Of a DNA stretch of 64,000 nucleotides, positions 31,497 through 40,803 are shown piece after piece. A model generated the notes under the pieces. That model was not told where the DNA came from. It was given only the letters and a program-made list of their open reading frames with translations, and did not search any database. This DNA is from Candidatus Multivoradales bacterium. GTDB lineage: Bacteria; Acidobacteriota; Thermoanaerobaculia; Multivoradales; JAHEKO01. A program made the translations under genes and the position numbers. Location: the NCBI GenBank assembly GCA_965248055.1, contig CBDFIJ010000004.1, positions 992,001 to 1,056,000 on the forward strand, given 5' to 3'. Every line of letters starts with the position of its first letter. Position 1 is the stretch's first letter.

Positions 31497-31787
31497 CTAG
31501 CTCTTTTTGGGCGCGCGACCCAATGGCAACGCCGCGTCGACGTTGTTGTGCGGACGAGCGATCACATGAGTGGAGACCACTTCACCGACTTTTTCGGCTC
31601 CGCGTACCCCTGCCTCAACCGCTGCTTTCACCGCGGCAACGTCGCCCCGCACCACGGCAGTGACGTAGCCACCGCCGGTCTTTTCATAACCCACCAAGTC
31701 AACCTTGGCCGCCTTCACCATCGCGTCGGCGGCTTCGACCATGGCGGAAAAACCCCGCGTCTCGATCATTCCCAGTGCTTCAGCCAT
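31497..31787 (-). CDS. BMC-H hexameric shell protein
   Basis: [12 protein letters not shown]...AADAMVKAA...[11 protein letters not shown]...HVIARPH; AAGGAG upstream. Confidence 0.96.
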   Translation of the reverse strand: MAEALGMIETRGFSAMVEAADAMVKAAKVDLVGYEKTGGGYVTAVVRGDVAAVKAAVEAGVRGAEKVGEVVSTHVIARPHNNVDAALPLGRAPKKS

Positions 31788-31895
31788 ACTCTTCTCCTTC
31801 GCCCTCAGGCGATTGTCCATTTCTTGTTAATAGCTCTCTTTACAAACTGCATTGACTGCTTTGCTTCCACTTGGCCCTTCTAACTAGCCCTGCGT

Positions 31896-32522
31896 CTAGT
31901 CGACCTTGCGTCCGTCGATCCCATCCAGGGCCGCAACTGCTGCCCGCCAACCGACGTCAATATCTCTCTCTTCACCGCCCAGGTAGACCCGGCCGAAAGA
32001 ACCGATCGAGCGAACCTCCAAGACGTTGATCCCGGATGCTTTCTCGGCCTCGTTGGCGGCCAGAGCAGCGTACGGAGCGGGTTCCACCTCCAGCACATAT
32101 AGCGTCTGCCCTGGAATAATCATCTGCCCATGCCGCATGCGATTCACCAATTGCGCTTGGTGGTCGTCAATCGCCCGCACGATTTGGCTAGAAAGCACTT
32201 TGGGTTTGATTCGGTCACTCTCCTTCAAGCCAATGTCAGCCAAGATCGCCTCGCCCGCAGCGCGAGTCTCGGCTTGGTCCTCCGAATGGACTTCAAGTAA
32301 CCCGTAGTAACGCTCGACGACCTGCATCCCCGGGCGAACCCGGGTTGACTTCAGCGCCACATCGGTCAGCCGATTAATTTCGATTCCCGGTGAAATTTCT
32401 ACATATAACGAACAATCCCCGGCCAAAGGTAAGAACCCTTGTGCCACGGTGCCCATAAAAGCAGCGTATTGCGGCTGCAAGCTGTCCAAAAATACGTACG
32501 ATCGAAGATCAATATCCGCCAC
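31896..32522 (-). CDS. BMC-T double-stacking shell protein (CcmP-like)
   Basis: [42 protein letters not shown]; start GTG 32522 or ATG 32531. Confidence 0.92.
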   Translation of the reverse strand: MADIDLRSYVFLDSLQPQYAAFMGTVAQGFLPLAGDCSLYVEISPGIEINRLTDVALKSTRVRPGMQVVERYYGLLEVHSEDQAETRAAGEAILADIGLKESDRIKPKVLSSQIVRAIDDHQAQLVNRMRHGQMIIPGQTLYVLEVEPAPYAALAANEAEKASGINVLEVRSIGSFGRVYLGGEERDIDVGWRAAVAALDGIDGRKVD

Positions 32523-33402
32523 TTGCCCCATCCTTTCGAGAAACAATGTCCTTTCCGGAGACAATCGAAATTCCTGCTGACGCGCCGATGCGGGTCGCGC
32601 CAACATTGATGAACTCGCGGACCTGTTCCGCGGTACTAATTCCACCCGACGCCTTGACCTCAAGGTCACCACCCACCGCTTCGTGCATCAACGCCACGTC
32701 ATACAACTCTGCACCACCGTTGCCGAAACCGGTCGAAGTCTTGACGAAGTTGGCTTTCGCCGATTTGGCCAACCGCGACGCGACGACCTTTTCCTCATCG
32801 GTTAACAATCCGGTCTCCAAAATCACCTTGCAGGTGGCGCCAACTTCGCGACAGGCGTCGGCAACCTTAGCGATGTCCTGCTCGACCGCTTGGTAATCAC
32901 CACTTTTCAGAGCGCCAATGTTGATCACCATGTCGATCTCACGTGCACCATCGCGCAACGCCTTGCGGGTTTCCATCGCTTTGATCTCGGTGCTGTGGGC
33001 ACCCGAGGGAAACCCAACCACCGACGCCACCCGCACCGGAGAATTGCGCGTGCGCGAAGCCGCTCGGGCAACCCAAAACGGGTTGACACAGACCGCGGCA
33101 AAGCCGTAATGCTTAGCCTCATCACACAGTTGGTCGATATCGGCGGCTGTTGCACTGGGCTTCAACAGGGTGTGGTCGATGTATTGCGCCAAATCAGACG
33201 GTACCCGACCTCCCTCTCCGTTATAGGACACACGGCGCGCACCGGTGTGGACGATCGCTCGCACCTTGTCCGAACAACAGGCGGCACAACTGCCCTCGCA
33301 GTCACTGCATTCACCTTCACTGCATTCACCCCCACTGTCTGCGCCCAGCGCGGCTAGAACTTTTTCGGTGATCTGGTTGATCAATTGCTCTCGGTCACTC
33401 AC
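32509..33402 (-). CDS. deoC: Deoxyribose-phosphate aldolase with N-terminal encapsulation peptide and Cys-rich module
   Basis: [40 protein letters not shown]. Confidence 0.95.
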   Translation of the reverse strand: MSDREQLINQITEKVLAALGADSGGECSEGECSDCEGSCAACCSDKVRAIVHTGARRVSYNGEGGRVPSDLAQYIDHTLLKPSATAADIDQLCDEAKHYGFAAVCVNPFWVARAASRTRNSPVRVASVVGFPSGAHSTEIKAMETRKALRDGAREIDMVINIGALKSGDYQAVEQDIAKVADACREVGATCKVILETGLLTDEEKVVASRLAKSAKANFVKTSTGFGNGGAELYDVALMHEAVGGDLEVKASGGISTAEQVREFINVGATRIGASAGISIVSGKDIVSRKDGASGGY

Positions 33403-33405
33403 GGT

Positions 33406-34008
33406 TTACCTCGCGCCATAGGTGCGCTCAAGTTCGTCAATCTTAGCGACTCGCAGTGCGTGGCGCCCAGGACCGTGCGGTGTCGCCAGCCAAGTGTCGA
33501 CAATCTGCAAAGCCAGGCCCCTGCCGATCAGCCCGGCACCAAGGGTCAAGACGTTGGCGTGGTTGTGTTCGCGGCTGTTGCGCGCCGAAGAAATGTCATA
33601 ACAGAGGGCCGCGCGCACACCGGGCACCTTGTTGGCGGCCATCGCTGATCCAATACCCGCACCGTCAACCACTATTCCAGCGGTTGCGGACCCGTTCGCC
33701 ACTTTCTGCGCTACTGCGTGCGCCATATCTGGATAATCCACCGCTTCCGGCCCGTTGGTACCGCAATCGATCACCCGGTGTCCGGTGTCGGCTAGGTGCG
33801 CCGCAATGGTGTCTTTCAATTCGAATCCGCCATGGTCTGCCCCGACCGCGACCACCAAGTCACCCCCACCATTGACCTGCTGCGTTGTGGACACACCAGC
33901 AGCGGCCACGGAGGCGATCGGCCCGGTCTCTGAGGCGACTTCCGAGGCGATGCTCTCGGCTACTGCCTGAGCTACTAACTCTCGAATTCGATCTGGATCA
34001 GGTTTCAG
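33406..34008 (-). CDS. rpiB: Ribose-5-phosphate isomerase B family protein, probable CTG start with encapsulation peptide
   Basis: GADHGG, DYPD, DGAGIGS, ANKVPGVRA, HNHAN; frame open 33 codons upstream of GTG 33909 to a CTG preceded by GGAG. Confidence 0.88.
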   Translation of the reverse strand: MKPDPDRIRELVAQAVAESIASEVASETGPIASVAAAGVSTTQQVNGGGDLVVAVGADHGGFELKDTIAAHLADTGHRVIDCGTNGPEAVDYPDMAHAVAQKVANGSATAGIVVDGAGIGSAMAANKVPGVRAALCYDISSARNSREHNHANVLTLGAGLIGRGLALQIVDTWLATPHGPGRHALRVAKIDELERTYGAR

Positions 34009-34033
34009 CGTTGACTCCGTTCATTACAAGACT

Positions 34034-34093
34034 TATTTACCACAGGACCTATTTGCCACAGGACCTATTTGCCACAGGACCTATTTACCACAC
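34034..34093. repeat. 16-bp tandem repeat, about 3.7 copies, in front of the BMC operon
   Basis: TATTT(A/G)CCACAGGACC x3 plus TATTTACCACAC. Confidence 0.9.
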
Positions 34094-34142
34094 CCTTAAC
34101 AATAATGTTTATCTAATATCCGCTGCGACTCCCGCAAAACCG

Positions 34143-36212
34143 TCATGAGAGGTCTGGAGCCGCGGTTCGAATCGCCCCCAATTGGTCAATCTGCTCCAGT
34201 TTCAACCCGCTGTAGTAGTGATCCAAAATCTCGGTAAAACCGGACCCGCGAAGCGCCATCCGGTAGGCACCCCGCTGACACATCCCCACCCCGTGCCCCC
34301 AACCGCGACCACTGAAAACCCAACCCGGCGCCTGTTGGCTGCCACTACTACGACGCACCCGAAACCAAGTCTCCGGGATATCCAAGAACCAGCGGATCGA
34401 CAACCCTTTGAGCTCGCGGGTCTCTCCGCCGGTGCCATGCAACTTAAAGGTCTTCAAACGGCCGGAAACCCCCCGCTCGCCGAGCTCGAAAGAACGATAA
34501 CCAAAACCCGGAAATTCGGCGCTGGCTCGACGCGCCAAATCGCTGTCACTGCGGTGCTCACTCCATACCTTGGTCCCCGGTGCCCGGCTGGCATTACGAC
34601 TACTACGGGCTGGGATCAACGCCGCCACCGGATCACCCTCCACCAGCACCACGCGCACCGGATCCCCGGCCGCCAAGAGGCCATCGCCAGGGGCCTGCCA
34701 GTGCCACACCGTATCCCCAGGAAGGAGTAGATCTCCCTGCGCCGAACCCTGGGTTTGCACCTTGAAAGCAGCTTGGCTGCGAGCGACGAATTTGGTCGAC
34801 TGCTCGACCACCAGTGCCACCTCTTGAGCGACTTGATAGAGGATTCGGCGCAGATCGGCCAACAGTACGTGCTTACTCCCCTTGGGCAAACGCCGCAGAG
34901 AACCCGCCAATGGCTGATGATCATCAGCCACGGTTGCCGAAAACCAAGCCGGATCGGCGACCAGGTCGAGTACCGAGCCAAGAAAGCGGCGCACCTCGGA
35001 ACCGATAAAACTCTCTAGGCGATCTTCACCCGGGGTTAGACCCGCCTTCTTCATCAATCGGCGAAAGGATTCGCCCACCTCCCGTGGGCTCGATCCCAGA
35101 TCGCCGATCAGCCTACGCATGACTCGGCTCTCGATCACCGTCCAATCGCCCCGCCGACCGATTGAAACTAGGCCCCCTTCAATGCAGGGCACCCCACGAA
35201 GATAAGAATGGTGCTTGGCCGGAAAGACGGTTGCGACATCCTCGGTGTGACCACCGCAGGTCGCGGTATACAGAGTGTCTGCGGGGCGCCGGTCGGCGGT
35301 CACCAGTACCAGTCCGGCGGTTTCGCTCACCGCCTGATTCGACAACGGCTGTTCCGCCCCTAAACCTCCAAACACCTGGCAACGCGGCGTCGCACAAACA
35401 TCAAAGCCCTCAGCGGCAAACTCGCCCAAGTTGTGCAGTACATAGGATCGGGCGGCTACCGCCAACGCCTTGAGAGCATCCAGGTCGTTGTAGATTTTCG
35501 GCCCCATTTCCCGGGGCACCACGCCCCGCAGGTAATTCTCCAACTCGGTCACCAACACCACATTGATCGAGCCCCGGCGATTCAAGGTCAGTTGCAAACC
35601 GCCACGATAAGTGCCCCCGGCCCAAGCCATAGGCCCACCGTCGGACCGCCGGACCACAACGGTGGTACCCGCCTTTTGCGCTCGGGAACCGGTAATTTGT
35701 AGACCCGCGTTGGCGATCTCACCGATCTCTTCGACCACCCAAGCGTCACGACCGCGGGCGCTCAGACGAGCCTGAGCGGCGACCGCGTCCTGACGTTGGT
35801 GCCAAATCCCCAACCGAACCCGCGTTAGTCCGGTCTCAGCATCGAAAGCGAGATCCGACGATAGACCGGTGAAACGCTCCAAGTCCTCAGCAAGTCGTTG
35901 CGCTTGCGCGGGCTCACGCAGCGCCGCAATTTGCAATCGGTAGCTCCAAGCCCGGACTACATCTCCTGTTGGCCGTACCACCAAATGCGATCCTTGATCG
36001 ACAACCTGACCTCCGGCGATCACTTCCATGGCGTGGCGACCGGCCAACACCACCTCCCGCACATCGGTCGCCAACCCCACCCGGAGTTGAAATTCTTGAG
36101 GCTCGCCTTCGAGCGCCGGCCAAAGCGGGCGCGAGACAACTAGGCCCAGGTAAGCCACAGCACAAACAACCGCGAAGCGAATCACGGGGCGGCGTTGGAA
36201 AAAGATTCTCAA
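34143..36212 (-). CDS. SpoIID/LytB domain protein with SPOR domain
   Basis: LENYLRGVVPREM, KALAVAARSY, CATPRCQVF, GWGHGVGMCQ. Confidence 0.9.
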   Translation of the reverse strand: MRIFFQRRPVIRFAVVCAVAYLGLVVSRPLWPALEGEPQEFQLRVGLATDVREVVLAGRHAMEVIAGGQVVDQGSHLVVRPTGDVVRAWSYRLQIAALREPAQAQRLAEDLERFTGLSSDLAFDAETGLTRVRLGIWHQRQDAVAAQARLSARGRDAWVVEEIGEIANAGLQITGSRAQKAGTTVVVRRSDGGPMAWAGGTYRGGLQLTLNRRGSINVVLVTELENYLRGVVPREMGPKIYNDLDALKALAVAARSYVLHNLGEFAAEGFDVCATPRCQVFGGLGAEQPLSNQAVSETAGLVLVTADRRPADTLYTATCGGHTEDVATVFPAKHHSYLRGVPCIEGGLVSIGRRGDWTVIESRVMRRLIGDLGSSPREVGESFRRLMKKAGLTPGEDRLESFIGSEVRRFLGSVLDLVADPAWFSATVADDHQPLAGSLRRLPKGSKHVLLADLRRILYQVAQEVALVVEQSTKFVARSQAAFKVQTQGSAQGDLLLPGDTVWHWQAPGDGLLAAGDPVRVVLVEGDPVAALIPARSSRNASRAPGTKVWSEHRSDSDLARRASAEFPGFGYRSFELGERGVSGRLKTFKLHGTGGETRELKGLSIRWFLDIPETWFRVRRSSGSQQAPGWVFSGRGWGHGVGMCQRGAYRMALRGSGFTEILDHYYSGLKLEQIDQLGAIRTAAPDLS

Positions 36213-37267
36213 GGCTTATTTTCGACTGCAGGACTGTTTGAGGTAACGGTTACTGTGCCTTGATTCACTGCGTCTCGATCTACTGTGTCTCTATTGACTG
36301 TGTCTTGATTTCCTGCATCTTGATTCACTGGGTCTTGATTCACTGGGTCTTGATCTCGTGCCAGAGCGATTGCCGCGCCCCATACCAACAGCACCACCGC
36401 ACCCATAGCGAGCGCCTGGATCACTCCCGAAACAATTTGACCCACTACTACCGCCACCAGATTGGAGCCGGCGAACATCTGCACCGACCAGCTCAAGAGC
36501 AGCACCGGCACCGACGCCGCAAGCATGACGAGAAAGGCAATGCCGATCATCATCAACCACGCACCGCCACGGCGGATAAAACTGCGCGACCCACGGCGAA
36601 TCGCCTGGCCTAGCGGCAAGAACGGGAGGTGCATCTCGACCACCCACCACCACAGCCAGAGCAGTAACAGCAAGGTCGACACGATCAAGACGGCCAAGCA
36701 GCCCGCAACTAGCGCCGTCCCGCGCATGCCTCCCATCAGCATTCCCATCAAGAAAAACGGCACCATCGAAACCAGCACCAAAGTGACAGCGACCGGCACC
36801 CGCCAAATCAACAGCCGCCACACAAGCTGTCCACCCCAGCCGAAGAACTCACCCCAGTTGAAGGTTTCAAACCAGTCTGCAGTCAAAGCTTGGGTCGCCG
36901 TCGCCTGCGAGGGCGCCTGACGATCGCCCGCGGCCAGTGTGCCCAAGACACCGCCGTCGAGGAAGGTCTGAATCAAGACTTGGATCAAGCCACCGAGCAA
37001 CAACACCGCCACCGCCCAGGGGAGTTCGGCAGGCAAGTGCTGCAAAGACATCCACCGCGGCAACGCATCGACCAACCCCTCGGAATTCCCCGACATCATG
37101 TCCAGATACAAGTCCCCCAGCCCCAGGAGTTTCAGCGCCGGGATCAGGGTCGCCGCAATCACCGCCATCGATAACAGACTCTTGAGTAACACCGTCCAGA
37201 GGAGCCGGTGATTGCCGCGCAAGTTCAGTGCGCCTCGCTCAAAGCAGGAAATCGTGCCGCGTCGCAT
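36209..37267 (-). CDS. Hypothetical integral membrane protein with C-terminal 5-aa repeats
   Basis: Multiple TM segments; QDPVN/QDAGN/QDTVN/RDTVD tail. Confidence 0.7.
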   Translation of the reverse strand: MRRGTISCFERGALNLRGNHRLLWTVLLKSLLSMAVIAATLIPALKLLGLGDLYLDMMSGNSEGLVDALPRWMSLQHLPAELPWAVAVLLLGGLIQVLIQTFLDGGVLGTLAAGDRQAPSQATATQALTADWFETFNWGEFFGWGGQLVWRLLIWRVPVAVTLVLVSMVPFFLMGMLMGGMRGTALVAGCLAVLIVSTLLLLLWLWWWVVEMHLPFLPLGQAIRRGSRSFIRRGGAWLMMIGIAFLVMLAASVPVLLLSWSVQMFAGSNLVAVVVGQIVSGVIQALAMGAVVLLVWGAAIALARDQDPVNQDPVNQDAGNQDTVNRDTVDRDAVNQGTVTVTSNSPAVENKP

Positions 37268-37270
37268 GCT

Positions 37271-38122
37271 CTATTTCAGGCTGTTCGCCGCTTTCTGTCC
37301 AGAAACCTCGCGCCGATAATCTTCCGACCAAACCTGAATCGGGCGCACCATCTCAAACATGCGGCTCAATAGCCGCTGCGGAATGCGAGCAGCCAAGTTG
37401 CTCTTGTTGAAATCTTGGTCCTGCGCTGATGGTTCGCGATCCAAGGATTCTTCGAACCCGGTCTGAGTATCCATCTGCTCCGGCTTGGGCATCGGATAGT
37501 TGGAAGTAAAGATGGTTGGCAGCCGTGCGTTGTAGCGCGTGTTGATCAGTAGGTCGAGTTGTTCCAAGGCCCAAGGACGAGGTGTCTGAGCACCAAGCTC
37601 GTCCAAGACCAGCAACTCTGCACGCAACGCCGGGTCCAAAATCTTGCCTCGATTGGGTCCACCATTGTTGCCAAAGGTTGCCTGAATACTGTGGATCAAA
37701 GAGGCGAAGTCGACGAAGTGAGCGCGCACCTGGTAGCGCTTAACCAACTCGTGAAGGATGGCCACCGCCAAATGGGTCTTGCCGGTGCCCGGAGGCCCCC
37801 AAAATAACAGGCCGGTATCGGTAAAGGTGCCATCCCTACGAATGAAACGTTCGACATAGCGCTCGGCCAAGGTTTTGGCCTCCAGCAAGCTCTTGTGGTG
37901 ACCTGGCTTGTGATGATTGGGATCAAAATTCTCCAAGGTGCAGTTGCGGTGCCGAACCGGCACTCCCGACGCAGCCAGAGCGCCCGCCAAAAGCGACTTC
38001 TCCCGGCACTCACAAGGCTCCGCGGCCCCCGCTTCGCCGTCGTCTACCACCACCCAACCCAGACCGCCACACTTGAGGCAGTTCTCGGTCTCTACTGTTG
38101 AATCAACGCCTCCCTTTTGCAC
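37271..38122 (-). CDS. DnaC/IstB-like AAA+ ATPase with N-terminal Cys cluster
   Basis: CLKC...CEC, GPPGTGKTHL, LVLDELG, INTRY, TIFTSN, SRMFEM. Confidence 0.85.
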   Translation of the reverse strand: MQKGGVDSTVETENCLKCGGLGWVVVDDGEAGAAEPCECREKSLLAGALAASGVPVRHRNCTLENFDPNHHKPGHHKSLLEAKTLAERYVERFIRRDGTFTDTGLLFWGPPGTGKTHLAVAILHELVKRYQVRAHFVDFASLIHSIQATFGNNGGPNRGKILDPALRAELLVLDELGAQTPRPWALEQLDLLINTRYNARLPTIFTSNYPMPKPEQMDTQTGFEESLDREPSAQDQDFNKSNLAARIPQRLLSRMFEMVRPIQVWSEDYRREVSGQKAANSLK

Positions 38123-38192
38123 GGTTGGATGCTAACAGAGGAAAGATCCCATTCGCGCACTAGAATTCCCCGATGAGCAGACTTCAAAACCG

Positions 38193-38933
38193 GTGGTTGT
38201 GATTTCTCTTTTGGCGGTGACCTCCGGGTTGATCGGCCATCCACGACTCAAGCCCGATGAAGTCGACCTAACCCATAGCGCCACGCTCTTGGCCCGATCT
38301 ATCGCTTACCACGACCCCGGCGGGCGCTGGGGCCAAACCCCGCTGGCACTCGGGTTTGAAGAGACCCGCCCCGATGGCTCGGCGCGCCACACCAGCGTGG
38401 TCCTTGACCCAGTCCATCAGCGCTTTGAGTGGAGTTCACAGCGCGGTGAAGATCTGTTGCAAGGGTCGCTGAACGAGGGCGAATGCACGGTCACTCTCAA
38501 CGGCTCGGCTACGTTTTCTGCAGCCCAGCGTGACACCTACAGCCTCGACTGCGATCGCGTCACCCTCTATCGCGACTACTACAGCTACCTGTGGGGACTG
38601 CCGATGAAACTGCGCGACCCCGGTACTCGCCTGGATCCTGAGGTTCGAGACACCGAGTTCAACCGGCAACAGGTTAAGAGCATCCGCGTCACCTACGACC
38701 AGGAAGTCGGTAGTGACACCTGGTATTTCTACTTTGACCCGGAATCCGCCCGGTTAGTCGGATACCGCTTCTTCCACGATCAAGCGGCCAACGATGGTGA
38801 GTACATCTTTCTGCAGGGTGAACTCAAAGCCGAAGGACTACGCCTGCCGATGTCGAGAACTTGGTATACCAATGCCGAAGATCAGTTGCTGGGAACCGAT
38901 ACTTTGGTTGAGTTGGTTGCGGAAGCTGAGTGA
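38193..38933 (+). CDS. Hypothetical exported protein (DUF6503-like); start uncertain
   Basis: SIAYHDPGGRW, YLWGLPMKLRDPGT, VGSDTWYFYFD; family recalled from memory. Confidence 0.7.
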   Translation: MVVISLLAVTSGLIGHPRLKPDEVDLTHSATLLARSIAYHDPGGRWGQTPLALGFEETRPDGSARHTSVVLDPVHQRFEWSSQRGEDLLQGSLNEGECTVTLNGSATFSAAQRDTYSLDCDRVTLYRDYYSYLWGLPMKLRDPGTRLDPEVRDTEFNRQQVKSIRVTYDQEVGSDTWYFYFDPESARLVGYRFFHDQAANDGEYIFLQGELKAEGLRLPMSRTWYTNAEDQLLGTDTLVELVAEAE

Positions 38934-39047
38934 ATAGATTGTTCCTCCGCGTCGAGACCTGACAGCGCGCGGGAGCCCGCAAGGGGCTCCTACATTGACC
39001 TCGCACATCCTGAATTGCCGGAACGCAAGGAGCTGGAGATTCAGCCA

Positions 39048-40110
39048 ACATCGAGATCCTTCGACTCGGGCTACGCCCTCGCTCAGGATGACAACGGAAG
39101 AGGTAGCTCCCCACGCCGCTATCCAGCATGCAACGAAATGCCTTCATCGGAGCGAGCTGTCCACGATCCCAATGAACTAACCCGGCCTGCTCTTCGTCGG
39201 GGAGGGGCAAGTTCAAACGGCCCTACACGCCGGGGTTATCCTGAGTGGCCGAAGCGTGCAGCTCTACCCCGTAGTCACCCTGAACGGACTATCCAAGGCC
39301 CCAAATGAACTAACCCGGCTGTTCTTCGTCGGAGAGGGGATTGCCCCCTCCCGCACCCTTTCACTGTGGTGGTCCAGAGCGACCGAAGCGTACAGCTCTA
39401 CCCCGTAGTCACCCTGAACGGGCTATCCAAAGTCCCAAAATGAACTAACCCGGCGCTGTTCTTCGTCGGAGAGGGGATTGCCCCACCCGCACCATTCCAC
39501 CGCAGTGGTCCAGAGCGACCGAAGCGTATTGCTCTACCCCGTCGTCATTCTGAGCGAACCAGTCATCCGCTCAGCACCCATTCCACCCGTGGTCATCCTG
39601 AGCGACCCCGAGTCCGCGAGGGAGAGTCGAAGGATCTCAACTTCACAGCGCACACTCTTTCTGCAGAGGGCAGCATTGTCGCGACCCGAACTGAGGAAGG
39701 CAAAAAACGGGAACCCCCAAGGGGATCCCCTACATCGTCTTCCAACGTCAGGTGAATCGCCGAAACGGAGAACCATTCGCCAGCATCGAGATTCTTCGAC
39801 TCGGGCTACGCCCCTCGCTCAGGATGACAACGGAAGAGGTAGCTCGCCACCCCGGTACCCAGCATGCAACGAGTTGCCTTCATCGAAGCGAGCTGTCCAC
39901 GATCCAAATGAACTAACCCGGGCTGTTTCTTCATAAGAGAGGGCTTGTCCCCTCTCACACCCCTCCACCGCGGTCGTCCCGATCGACCGAAGCGTACAGC
40001 TCTACTCCGTTGTCATCCTGAGCGACCCCGAGTCCGCGAGGGTGAAGTCGAAGGATCTCAACTGCACCGCGTACACTTCTTCTGGAGAAGGCAGCATTGT
40101 CGCGCCACTA
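39048..40110. repeat. Mosaic of REP-like palindromes and approx. 134-bp tandem units
   Basis: GAGATCCTTCG...CTCAGGATGAC and GTCATCCTGAGCGA...GAAGGATCTC each twice; AATGAACTAACCCGG at 39171, 39304, 39439, 39907. Confidence 0.85.
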
Positions 40111-40190
40111 ACTCAAGAGGACAGAACGGGAACCTACGAGGGCGCCCCTACATTTCTTTTTCTTGGTGGCTTCGTAGGTGCGAGAACCGA

Positions 40191-40565
40191 CTAACGCCGC
40201 ACCAAAGGACCCGCGTCAATCTCCACCAACGCATGACGCCGATCGACGCCTGCCCTACGATCGCCCATCTCCTGACGGACAAACTCGGACATCCGTTCGA
40301 CCTCGGCTTCTAGCTGGTCGATTCGCGCTTGGAGTTTGAGGATGACGTCGACGCCGGCTAGGTTGACGCCCATGTCACGGGTGAGGGTAAGGACGGTTTC
40401 TAAGCGCTTGAGAGTGTCGTCGTCGTAGAGGCGGGTGTTGCCGTCGCTGCGCGGTGGGTCGATCAAGCCTTCGCGCTCGTAGAGCCGCAAGGTTTGAGGG
40501 TGGATGTCGAAGCGTTCAGCGACGACGCTGATCATCACCGTTGTTTGTCGCTTTCTTTTCACCAT
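40191..40565 (-). CDS. hspR: MerR-family heat-shock repressor
   Basis: ISVVAERFDIHPQTLRLYEREGLI.P.RS.GNTRLY, GVNLAGV; downstream of dnaK. Confidence 0.88.
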   Translation of the reverse strand: MVKRKRQTTVMISVVAERFDIHPQTLRLYEREGLIDPPRSDGNTRLYDDDTLKRLETVLTLTRDMGVNLAGVDVILKLQARIDQLEAEVERMSEFVRQEMGDRRAGVDRRHALVEIDAGPLVRR

Positions 40566-40803
40566 GATGACGGCCTCGCTTTGTCCGGTTGTCCGATCGG
40601 TCTAGATGCCAGTCTAGCTTGCAGCTCCTGGGTCACCTGTTGCTCATGCCTGAAGCAAGAGAATCAAGAGGAGCGATTGTTAGCCAACCGCCCCTCGAAT
40701 GATTCACTCCTGTTCGGGAAGCCTGCTCAGGAAGCCTAGTCAGCCAGCCCAATCGGCCAGTGCCAGTCGGCCAGCCTCACCGACCAGCGACCCGGTAATC
40801 GAG

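Noticed and set aside
37271-38122. IS21 element (istB)
   Set aside because: No istA transposase or terminal inverted repeats; the gene is embedded in a housekeeping-like operon.
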